A stretch of DNA of 21,288 nucleotides from Polyangia bacterium (GCA_050287845.1 JBNKCR010000062.1:1-21288); one strand, 5' to 3'; shown: positions 1 through 7,660, numbered from the stretch's first letter. The notes: a model not told the origin generated them from the sequence alone. Made by a program: numbers and translations.

Positions 1-27
1 GGGTCAGGTCTCTACAATTGACAATTG
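1..27 (+). repeat. Left terminal inverted repeat (27 bp)
   Basis: GGGTCAGGTCTCTACAATTGACAATTG; perfect inverted match to 974-1000. Confidence 0.95.
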
Positions 28-53
28 GCGCATCTGTCGCTAACCTTTCCCCA
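18..53 (+). promoter_or_regulatory. Putative sigma70 leaderless promoter of the transposase
   Basis: TTGACA at 18-23, 17-bp spacer, TAACCT at 41-46, then 6 nt and the ATG at 53. No Shine-Dalgarno upstream (CTTTCCCC). Confidence 0.6.
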
Positions 54-997
54 TGGCAAGAAAAACTCGCGACGATTTTCCTGGAGCCTGGCATCATGTG
101 ATGAACCGGGGGCGAAATCGAGACTTGATATTTCGCGATGATGGGGATGCTGTTCTGTTTCTGGACTGCATTCAGCACGCATCGGAGAGAACGGGCATCG
201 AGATTCATGCGTACTCTTTGATGCCCAACCACTATCATTTACTGGTGCGAAGCCCGTCGGGAACACTGTCTAGGGGAATGAAGGAGCTTGGGAGGGAGTA
301 CACCCAGCGTCTCAACGCTCGCCACGGGGGAGACGGTGGGATTTTTCGCGGCAGATTCCGAAGCGAGCTCATCACAAATGAGCGATATTTGATGTATTTG
401 ATCGGATACATTCATTTGAATCCGCTCAAAGCGTCGCTGATAACCCGCATAGATTCGGAGCTCGCCTGGACGAGTCACAGGCGCTACATGGGCCTCGACA
501 GCCACCCGGAGTGGTTGTTTACTTCAAAGATTCTTGAGAGATATGACTCACCGGCTGAGCTGGAGAAGTTCGTGCTGAACCTCCATCGCAAAGTGGAGAC
601 GTGGCCCGATGAAATGGATCAGTCCACCGGTTGGTTCTCGAAGTCCGAAGACAGCAAGCAGACCCTCCGGATGTTGACTACTGATTCCGGGGCAAAGTCA
701 GAGATGACTGTGGCTCGACTCCTGACCGAAATCTGCGATGTCACCGGTGCAAGTGTTTCTCGTCTGAAGGAGAGCGTGAGAGGCCCCAAGGGGAACCCGG
801 AGCGCCGTTTCGCCGTTTGGGTAATGTCGAAGTACGGCAGAATGACTCAACCGGAAATAGGCAGGACGCTGGCGATGTCGACTGTTCATGTGGCCAGAGA
901 TTTGGGTCGCAGTCACAAAAACATCACTGAGTTCGGGAAATGGATAGAAAGGTGGACGGAACGCCATCCTTCGCAATTGTCAATTGTAGAGACCTGA
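53..997 (+). CDS. REP-associated tyrosine transposase-like protein (Y1_Tnp) with C-terminal DnaA-domain-IV/TrpR-like HTH
   Basis: N-terminal MARKTR..PGAWHHVMNRG, HUH motif AYSLMPNHYHLL, FRGRFRS, catalytic-Tyr helix YIHLNP and WTSHRRY. The C-terminal RRFAVWVMSKYGRMTQPEIGRTL resembles Bac_DnaA_C. Confidence 0.9.
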   Translation: MARKTRDDFPGAWHHVMNRGRNRDLIFRDDGDAVLFLDCIQHASERTGIEIHAYSLMPNHYHLLVRSPSGTLSRGMKELGREYTQRLNARHGGDGGIFRGRFRSELITNERYLMYLIGYIHLNPLKASLITRIDSELAWTSHRRYMGLDSHPEWLFTSKILERYDSPAELEKFVLNLHRKVETWPDEMDQSTGWFSKSEDSKQTLRMLTTDSGAKSEMTVARLLTEICDVTGASVSRLKESVRGPKGNPERRFAVWVMSKYGRMTQPEIGRTLAMSTVHVARDLGRSHKNITEFGKWIERWTERHPSQLSIVET

Positions 998-1000
998 CCC
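974..1000 (-). repeat. Right terminal inverted repeat (27 bp), containing the transposase stop codon
   Basis: CAATTGTCAATTGTAGAGACCTGACCC; the TGA stop is at 995-997. Confidence 0.95.
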
Positions 1001-1033
1001 CGTCCCCCTCGACCCCGTCCCCCTCGTCCCCCT
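996..1033 (+). repeat. Tandem duplication at the right end of the element
   Basis: GACCCCGTCCCCCTC occurs twice (996-1010, 1011-1025), followed by a third GTCCCCCT (1026-1033). Confidence 0.85.
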
Positions 1034-1037
1034 GCAA

Positions 1038-1700
1038 CTAGCCCCAGGAGGCCTGGTCGAAGAAGTCCCAGTTTTCGATGCAGATGACGTCTCCGCCGGG
1101 GGTGATGGTGGTGGTGTAATCACCATTCCAATCGATGGTACACTCCTCGAATACGAGATCGGCACCGTCCAACTCAACATCTCCGTCCCAGGGTTGGGTC
1201 TCATTCACGCTGACGATCTCCAGAGTCCCAGAGGTCACGATATAGTGGTTGTTGCAGTGGGAAACGAGATTGTCGGAGCAGTCCGTCCCCAGCACCATGC
1301 AGGGGTCGCAGGTCTGCATGTCCGATTGGCCGGTCATGTTGTACAGGGCCTCGGTGGGGTTGGGCTTTGAGAAGTACAAGGTGGCCGTGGGATCGGTGGA
1401 CGTGATGTAGTCGTAGGCACGCAAACGAACGTCACCGCCCGGGCCGCCCGACATGGAACCCAGAGCCGATTGACTGTCCCCGCTGTAGTTGGTCAAGGCC
1501 AGGTCGCAGGTGTCCGTGTCCGAGTCGCTGTCGGTGTCGGTGTCCGTATCCGTATCGGTGTCAGTGTCGGAATCGGTACTCAATGACTCATCACTGCTGT
1601 CGTCCGACGAATCCTGACTTCCGTCATCCTTTGCACACCCCGACATCCAGACACCCGTAGTGAAAAAGAGCAAAATTAAGATAAATGAACGATAATGCAT
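1038..1700 (-). CDS. Hypothetical Cys-containing lipoprotein with Asp-Thr/Asp-Ser repeat linker
   Basis: SD AGAGGAG precedes the ATG at 1700 (the ORF track extends to 1799). Signal peptide MHYRSFILILLFFTTGVWMSG-C with lipobox, then a DSDTDTDTDT linker and a Cys-containing beta-rich domain. Confidence 0.8.
   Translation of the reverse strand: MHYRSFILILLFFTTGVWMSGCAKDDGSQDSSDDSSDESLSTDSDTDTDTDTDTDTDSDSDTDTCDLALTNYSGDSQSALGSMSGGPGGDVRLRAYDYITSTDPTATLYFSKPNPTEALYNMTGQSDMQTCDPCMVLGTDCSDNLVSHCNNHYIVTSGTLEIVSVNETQPWDGDVELDGADLVFEECTIDWNGDYTTTITPGGDVICIENWDFFDQASWG
1509..1577 (-). repeat. Coding low-complexity 6-bp repeat (Asp-Thr/Asp-Ser)
   Basis: Degenerate GAC/GAT-ACN units encoding TDSDTDTDTDTDTDTDSDSDTDT. 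Confidence 0.85.
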
Positions 1701-1904
1701 AATCTCCTCTGATAACCGGTACCCGACCGCCACTTCGTCCCACTGCAATGGGGATATTTTAATACGATTTGGTTTTGATATCATCATGTAAGAGTTCATA
1801 TACAGAAGTTCTTACGTAAAAAAATGCAGACTCAGCGGATTGGTGCGCAAAACAATGGAAATAGGGGGGAAATCAAATCATTGGCCGTTCAACCCCGGGG
1901 AGGG

Positions 1905-2849
1905 TCAATCCGGGTCCTTTCTGGACAGAACTTCCACCTTCACGCCTTCGACAACCTTTGCATTTCGGTCCGATGCGCCGTCTTTCCAGTCGTCATCCGT
2001 CCCGACATCCGAAGCCCCGCGACCGGTTTCCCGGTACACGTAATAACCACGGCCGCCAAATGGAGCCCCTTCCTGATGAAACGGCGAGTCGCTGCGGAAA
2101 GGCGACCCCCCGGATGGTGACGAGCCAAAGGGCGACCAGCCGGAGGGCGTTCCCTCCTGCTTCGCCCGCCGGTAGGCATCCCGCATCATGGCAACCCGCA
2201 TTTCCTGGTTGGCTGCGGAATAAATAAAAATGGCAATAAACACCAGAGTCCATTGACTGTTCATCAGACCATACAGACCGCCGGCGATTGCCAACGCCTT
2301 ACCGATGCGCGACGCAATCTGGGTGGCTTTAAGGTGTGAGAATTTCAGGGCGAGCACCCCCCGAAGCACCCGTCCGCCGTCCATGGGCAGCGCCGGTACC
2401 AGATTAAACAGGCCCAGCATGAGGTTCAGGCGAAAGAGCACCTGCAGAAGTTCCACCACCAGCGGATAATACACGGGCATCAACTGAAAACCGATACCCA
2501 GTCCAAACGCGGCGCCGGCAATGGCAAACGACACCATCGGGCCAGCGATGGAAATGGCAATCTCCTCCCTGGGCCCTTCCGGTATGCTGCGCATTCTGGC
2601 CATACCGCCAATGGGAGTGAGCACGATATCTTCAGTGTATACCCCATATCGACGACCGGTGAGTGCATGACCAAACTCATGGAGAAGCACTGATCCAAAA
2701 AGCAACACGGTCAACGCCGTCGCCAGAATCAGCGCCTCCACACCTGTCGTATTCACCCACGAAAACGCCAGAAACGGGATAATGATCATGGTGAAATGAA
2801 GCCTCACCGGGATCTTGAAGGCGGTAAATATTTTCCACGATAAATTCAT
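1905..2849 (-). CDS. Site-2 protease family (peptidase M50, SpoIVFB-like) membrane metalloprotease
   Basis: HEFGH zinc motif, LTPIGGMA, AGPMVS, FNLVPALPMDGGRVLR and several transmembrane segments. Confidence 0.92.
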   Translation of the reverse strand: MNLSWKIFTAFKIPVRLHFTMIIIPFLAFSWVNTTGVEALILATALTVLLFGSVLLHEFGHALTGRRYGVYTEDIVLTPIGGMARMRSIPEGPREEIAISIAGPMVSFAIAGAAFGLGIGFQLMPVYYPLVVELLQVLFRLNLMLGLFNLVPALPMDGGRVLRGVLALKFSHLKATQIASRIGKALAIAGGLYGLMNSQWTLVFIAIFIYSAANQEMRVAMMRDAYRRAKQEGTPSGWSPFGSSPSGGSPFRSDSPFHQEGAPFGGRGYYVYRETGRGASDVGTDDDWKDGASDRNAKVVEGVKVEVLSRKDPD

Positions 2850-3089
2850 GTCAGTCTCAAATTTCCTTTAATTCACTCCCACCCCAGATTTAATCACCCC
2901 AGTAAGGGTTTCAAGCATATGGCACAAAATCGGGGATTGATCACGGGAAATAGTGGATTGTTCACCGCTCGCGCCAATAGCTCGCAACGTTACTCCAACG
3001 TCGGAAATGGGCCGCTGGCATCGCGATTATTGCCATATCAGTATTAATTCGCAATACCGTCATCCGTATTGATTGATAAAGGGGGCAAC

Positions 3090-3266
3090 ATGAACAGAGA
3101 GTCCATCAGAGCGTTGCTGATAGAAGACAGCAACATTATCCGCATTAAAGAAATCATCTCTTCCCACGGTGGCGCCATCTCCGCTGCAAACGGTGCGCAC
3201 GGTGCCCGCTTTTCCATGAAACTGCCCATCAGCCATTCGAATAATACATTTACCCCCGAGGCGTGA
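3090..3266 (+). pseudogene. Remnant of a hybrid sensor kinase: receiver N-terminus fused to HATPase_c C-terminus
   Basis: After SD AAGGGGG, MNRESIRALLIEDS resembles receiver strand beta1 with the acidic pair. It joins directly to IKEIISSHGGAISAANGAHGARFSMKLP, the typical end of HATPase_c. Only 58 aa. Confidence 0.6.
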
Positions 3267-3362
3267 TTCCCCCCTGGCGTACCTTGCAAAAGTATCCGGT
3301 TTTCGTGTATGAACCTGGTCTCAACGATTTGCCGGCAACCGCGTCGAACCCGGAGTTAAAAA

Positions 3363-4145
3363 ATGTTCAGTTATATCGACAGGAAAATCAGAGATCGTCT
3401 GAATGCAAACGACACGCTTATTTATCTGAATGAGAGTGGCGAAAAGGTGGAGGAGAGCTATCCCGGGATGCCGGTCATATCCCTGCTTGGTCCCATTCCC
3501 ATGCCGGTGAACGTGTCCGGCACCCAGTTGAAGTTACACTGGTACCCGTTTGTTCGGAGAGTCGAGCTTCGCCACGTGCTGGAGACCGCCAATGCCGTTT
3601 CCAGTGGCGACAAGGACGCGTTTCGCATGCTCCTCCAGGAACGGATGAGTGTGAATTCAATTCTGATGACGCCGGATTTTCCTGAGAAGGACGAGCCCCT
3701 GGTGCGCATTCACTCCTGTTGTATGACCGGCGATGTTTTCGGTTCCATGCGATGCGAGTGCGGTCCACAGCTGGAACTGGCATTTGAATCCATCGCCCGG
3801 GAAGGTGGCGCGGTGGTGTATATGTCGAGCCACGAAGGTCGGGGAATCGGACTGTGGGCCAAAGCAATTACCTATTTATTGCAGGACGAAGGACAGGACA
3901 CTTACCAGGCAAACGTATCGCTGGGCCTTCCTGAGGATTCGAGGGACTTCAAAGATGCCGCCATCGTACTCAGATATATGCTCAGGGGGAAACCCATTCG
4001 CCTGATGAGCAATAACCCGCTGAAACAGTCTCAGCTGGAGGAGGCCGGCCAACAGGTCACACAACTGGTGCGCCACGTGATTGGAATCGGGAAGTACAAC
4101 GAACGATATATGAAATCCAAAAAGGAAAAAGGACACCAGATATAG
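3363..4145 (+). CDS. ribA: GTP cyclohydrolase II (RibA-like) with N-terminal extension
   Basis: PLVRIHSCCMTGDVFGSMRCECGPQL (zinc cysteines), EGRGIGL, LQDEGQDTYQAN, DSRDF, LMSNNPLK and YMKSKKEKGH; SD GGAG upstream. Confidence 0.85.
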   Translation: MFSYIDRKIRDRLNANDTLIYLNESGEKVEESYPGMPVISLLGPIPMPVNVSGTQLKLHWYPFVRRVELRHVLETANAVSSGDKDAFRMLLQERMSVNSILMTPDFPEKDEPLVRIHSCCMTGDVFGSMRCECGPQLELAFESIAREGGAVVYMSSHEGRGIGLWAKAITYLLQDEGQDTYQANVSLGLPEDSRDFKDAAIVLRYMLRGKPIRLMSNNPLKQSQLEEAGQQVTQLVRHVIGIGKYNERYMKSKKEKGHQI

Positions 4146-4207
4146 TTGCGGGGGGTGCACACGGATGCATCGGATGTCCGGAGCGAAATGAAACAGGATA
4201 GATGAAG

Positions 4208-4603
4208 TTATCTCATTTTGCCCAATGCCCAGGCTTTTGCTTCGTCTTCGGTTCGAACCACCCTCACCCAGACAGGGACCTGTTCCAATTCCACCGCCAG
4301 CATCCGGCAGACGCCGAAACTGAAATCATCTCCCACCAGCAACGCCATTCTGAAATCTCGCCCCCGCTCGCCCTTTCTGGCGGCATAAGACTTCAAGACA
4401 CGAGCCAAATCAACGCCGCCCGGAACAATGCGCGCTGCCCGCAAATCCACAACAGAATTCATACCGGTGACAAACTCATCCGCGGCCAGAAATGATTCGA
4501 GAAAATCTGTCCACGATCCTGGCGTGATAACGCCGGATAACCGATACGTTCCGACATTTCCGGCCGCATCGAATTGCATCTCCGCTTGTATTTCCGTTGT
4601 CAT
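4208..4603 (-). CDS. SpoIIAA-like / STAS-SEC14-type small protein
   Basis: SD AGGGAG precedes the ATG at 4603 (the ORF track starts at 4663). The pattern LSGVIT..VVDLR..MALLV..FGVCRM..VVRTEDEAKAW is typical of SpoIIAA-like proteins. Confidence 0.65.
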   Translation of the reverse strand: MTTEIQAEMQFDAAGNVGTYRLSGVITPGSWTDFLESFLAADEFVTGMNSVVDLRAARIVPGGVDLARVLKSYAARKGERGRDFRMALLVGDDFSFGVCRMLAVELEQVPVWVRVVRTEDEAKAWALGKMR

Positions 4604-4981
4604 TGTTCTCCCTGATTCAAATTCGAGGATCGCGTATACAGTTTCGCTGATGCTATTCTGCATGCAAATATCTTGAGAAGCACCAACTGTATTGTTTTTG
4701 ATACAATCAAATAATTACAACAAAGATGACAAAAAGTCTCAAAAAATCGTCTTTTATTTACTATTATTCCTAACCCGCGCAAAATTCATTTCAAACCTTG
4801 CTGCGGTGAACGCTTTTGCCGAAATATAGAAAAAAATGTTTCAGAACCACCACTTACCGGATACCTATTATTCCCATCTGACCCACGAGAGGGTCAGATA
4901 AAAACGCGCTGCTTCTGACCATAATTGGAGGTCGCAATACAAATAAATTTGTTTTATAGTGCGATGACGTTGTTGTACACA

Positions 4982-4999
4982 GAGTGATCTTGATCGCTC
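4982..4999. promoter_or_regulatory. Imperfect palindrome, possible CRP/FNR-family site upstream of the porin-cytochrome operon
   Basis: GAGTGATC-TT-GATCGCTC contains AGTGA-N6-TCGCT, versus the CRP consensus TGTGA-N6-TCACA. Confidence 0.3.
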
Positions 5000-5021
5000 A
5001 TCACCCACTCGAGGTATTGAT

Positions 5022-6461
5022 TTGAAGGCTTTAATGTTTCTTGCCATACTCCTGAGTATCCCGATTTCCGGGGCTATGGCAGCAGATAGTTCAGACACTG
5101 ATCCGGCATCGAAAAATGTGGCGAGTCTCGAAGCACTTCGTATCGCTCAACCTGCCCCAACCGTCAATGGTGCCGTGGAATCCTACATGTTTCTTTCACA
5201 GCGGCATCAGATACGTCAGCTGGCGCCCGGCAGATACGAACAGCAGAATCTGAATGTAATGCCGTTTTACGAAATAATATCACTCACAGCGGATCATCTG
5301 GGGCACCCGGGGCTCAGTGTTCACCTCCAGGCCATCGCCGGACTGGATTTGAACGACGTCTATTTTGACAACCGTTTCATCGCCGATCCGGTGTATGGGT
5401 ATATACAGTTCAAAACACGATATGTGGATGCCCGACTGGGTCGTCAGATGATTTTTGGCGGCGCCACTCAGGGACTTCACATTGACGGGGGCCGTCTGAC
5501 CATTGTCACTCCGGCGCACCTCGGGCTGGATGGATATGGTGGTCTGCTGGTCTCCCCGAAACAGGGGCCCGACTGGTACCAGAATGAGCGCGCCACCGGA
5601 TTTGATGATTTCGGAAGAGGCTTTACCGACTGGAAAAGAGAAGGTGATTTTGCGGTGGGGGGGCGCCTTTTCTTCAAATATGAGGAAACCGCCAATATGG
5701 GGATCTCGCTGCTACAGGTATCGGACAATAGAGAAACATCAAGCCGGTTGCTGGGGGCGGACATGAGTCTTACGCCTACCGACTGGATGGCACTGGTAGG
5801 CCGGGCCAACATGGACCTGACGACAATGGCGCTACGGGACGCGGGGGGATTTCTCGACTTCTTCATCGGTTCCGCAGTGAATTTCGGTGTGCATTATCGC
5901 CATGTGGATCCGTCGCTCTATATTGCCAACACCTCCATTTTCTCCGTATTTTCCAACGAGAAGCACCAGGCGGCGGGCGGTTCACTGGCCATTTCTCCTT
6001 CGTCGAGATTTTCCATCGATATGGCCTACAGCCATCTGTTCAACCAATACCTCAACCCAACCGAGGACGGATGGTCACCGGAGTTTGTTTTCGGACATCA
6101 ACTGGATGTGGATGTCCAAATCAAATTTGGCGCATTGACCCACTATGGCTTTGTCCGCGGCGGCTTCGGACGGGTAGCCCGCTACGATATTGCGGTAAAT
6201 CAGATTCGGCTGGGCACCCTGATTCCGTTCGGGCAGAGCGGCGTGAAAGGCGCGCTGAATACCTGGCTGGATTTCTACCAGGGAGCGGATACCGACAAGC
6301 CCGTTGGCGTACTGGGAGATATCAGCTGTTTTTATTACACCGCGCGGATTCGGACCGGGGCCACGTTCAGAGTTGCCCAGACGCCAGATGCAGAAACCGA
6401 AATGCGGGGAATGCTCACCTTTTCATATAATTTCTTGAAGAAATTCTCGAATCAGGAGTGA
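5022..6461 (+). CDS. Predicted outer-membrane beta-barrel (porin partner of the multiheme cytochrome)
   Basis: SD GAGGT and TTG start; Sec signal ending AMA-A; amphipathic strands such as ARLGRQ..HIDGGRL and a C-terminal LTFSYNF; translationally coupled to the cytochrome gene. Confidence 0.75.
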   Translation: MKALMFLAILLSIPISGAMAADSSDTDPASKNVASLEALRIAQPAPTVNGAVESYMFLSQRHQIRQLAPGRYEQQNLNVMPFYEIISLTADHLGHPGLSVHLQAIAGLDLNDVYFDNRFIADPVYGYIQFKTRYVDARLGRQMIFGGATQGLHIDGGRLTIVTPAHLGLDGYGGLLVSPKQGPDWYQNERATGFDDFGRGFTDWKREGDFAVGGRLFFKYEETANMGISLLQVSDNRETSSRLLGADMSLTPTDWMALVGRANMDLTTMALRDAGGFLDFFIGSAVNFGVHYRHVDPSLYIANTSIFSVFSNEKHQAAGGSLAISPSSRFSIDMAYSHLFNQYLNPTEDGWSPEFVFGHQLDVDVQIKFGALTHYGFVRGGFGRVARYDIAVNQIRLGTLIPFGQSGVKGALNTWLDFYQGADTDKPVGVLGDISCFYYTARIRTGATFRVAQTPDAETEMRGMLTFSYNFLKKFSNQE

Positions 6462-6463
6462 CC

Positions 6464-7543
6464 GTGAAGATTCAAATTTCAAAACAGGCAAAATTCAATG
6501 TCATCTTCCTCTCCGCATTCATCGCTGCCTGTGCGGGCAGCGCAACGAAGGATATTATCACCTTTTCTCACAATCTCCATTCGGAGCAGGGCCTCGATTG
6601 CAGTGACTGCCATAAAAATGTACAGAACGATGCCGAACAGAAACTGACTCCCATGAGCATGGATCAATGCGGGGAGTGTCATGATGTGGAAGACGACGCG
6701 CAATGTAAAACCTGTCACAGCAATGCGGAAGAATCTGATGGCTGGCAGAAAGCGGAACCGGCCCCGCTGCTGTTTTCCCATCAGACCCACAACCGCAGAC
6801 AACCGGAAGCCATGAAAAACTGTGCCTCCTGTCACGGTGCCGCAGCCACGGCCCCCAGCACCGCCAGCCGCGCCACACTGTTGCCCACCCACACCGAATG
6901 CGCTGTCTGTCACAAAAAGGAAATCTCCCTCGGCCAATGCGACATGTGCCACGACAGACTGGATTTGTACGATATGGTAGCCAATGACTACTTCGCCCAT
7001 GAGCCCGGTTTCATGGCGCGTCACGGACTTCAGGCTGTATCGGGAGAGGCCAACTGCACCCAGTGCCACGAGCAATCCTACTGCGCGGATTGCCACAACC
7101 GGAACGCCACAATCCTCCCCTCCCTGAAATATCCTGACCGCGTGGACAGAACGTTCATGCACAGCGGTGATTGGCTATCGAGACACGCCATTGAGAGTCG
7201 GGCCAACCCTGCAAACTGCCAGAAATGCCACGGTATTTCTTACTGTTCGTCGTGTCACAACCGCAACGGCATAGGCGCCGGCGTGGACCTGGATAGCACC
7301 AGCACCAACAACCCACATCCCGACCGCAACACCTGGCTGGGAAGAGGACGGGGGTCTCACGGCGCTGAAGCCCGCAGAGACATTCTGTCGTGCGCCAGCT
7401 GCCACGATCAGGGCGCCGCGTCCAACTGCGTCCAATGTCATCAGGAACGCATAGGTATCAACCCCCATCCCCCCGGATGGAAATCCACCGTGCCCACCGG
7501 TGACCGCTATACACATCCCACCTGCCGCATTTGCCACAATTGA
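6464..7543 (+). CDS. Multiheme c-type cytochrome lipoprotein, 13 CxxCH motifs (c3/c7-like N-terminal domains)
   Basis: CSDCH, CGECH, CKTCH, CASCH, CAVCH, CDMCH, CTQCH, CADCH, CQKCH, CSSCH, CASCH, CVQCH and CRICH; two FSHxxH motifs; lipobox IAA-C. AGGAG at 6454-6458 favours the GTG at 6464 (alternative 6458). Confidence 0.92.
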   Translation: MKIQISKQAKFNVIFLSAFIAACAGSATKDIITFSHNLHSEQGLDCSDCHKNVQNDAEQKLTPMSMDQCGECHDVEDDAQCKTCHSNAEESDGWQKAEPAPLLFSHQTHNRRQPEAMKNCASCHGAAATAPSTASRATLLPTHTECAVCHKKEISLGQCDMCHDRLDLYDMVANDYFAHEPGFMARHGLQAVSGEANCTQCHEQSYCADCHNRNATILPSLKYPDRVDRTFMHSGDWLSRHAIESRANPANCQKCHGISYCSSCHNRNGIGAGVDLDSTSTNNPHPDRNTWLGRGRGSHGAEARRDILSCASCHDQGAASNCVQCHQERIGINPHPPGWKSTVPTGDRYTHPTCRICHN

Positions 7544-7573
7544 CCCCGGCGTTTGCGAACGGGGTCAATTGTG
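7535..7573. repeat. Perfect 14-bp inverted repeat (hairpin) overlapping the cytochrome stop codon; possible terminator or REP-like element
   Basis: CACAATTGACCCCG (7535-7548), 11-nt loop, CGGGGTCAATTGTG (7560-7573); no U-tract follows. Confidence 0.8.
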
Positions 7574-7660
7574 AGTATAAAAATGGTTTCGCAATTCCGG
7601 AGAATCACCGATCGCGAGGCACCTGGGATGATGACTGGAAACAACGGAGTGAACCATCGT

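Larger units (their letters stand above)
1..1001 (+). mobile_element. RAYT/TnpA-REP-like HUH (Y1) transposase element bounded by terminal inverted repeats
   Basis: Positions 1-27 (GGGTCAGGTCTCTACAATTGACAATTG) are the exact reverse complement of 974-1000 and enclose a single Y1 transposase ORF. The left end may lack one G at the window edge. Confidence 0.8.

Noticed and set aside
1..1001. Classical IS200/IS605 element or DDE insertion sequence
   Set aside because: The protein is 314 aa with RAYT-type motifs, has no tnpB partner and no DDE triad. A target-site duplication cannot be assessed because the left flank is outside the window.
1509..1577. Possible CRISPR or non-coding tandem array
   Set aside because: It is a degenerate 6-bp coding repeat (Asp-Thr) with no spacers. 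No repeat-spacer array or cas gene was seen anywhere in the window.
3275..3287. Sigma54-like TGGCGT..TTGC upstream of ribA
   Set aside because: GG-to-GC spacing is 8 nt rather than the required 10.
4698..4710. FNR-like box TTGAT-ACA-ATCAA
   Set aside because: The spacer is 3 nt rather than 4, and the AT-rich context makes chance likely.
6479..7537. Long antisense ORFs opposite the cytochrome, and similar shadow ORFs across the window
   Set aside because: They overlap well-supported genes, lack recognisable motifs and are explained by codon bias on the coding strand.
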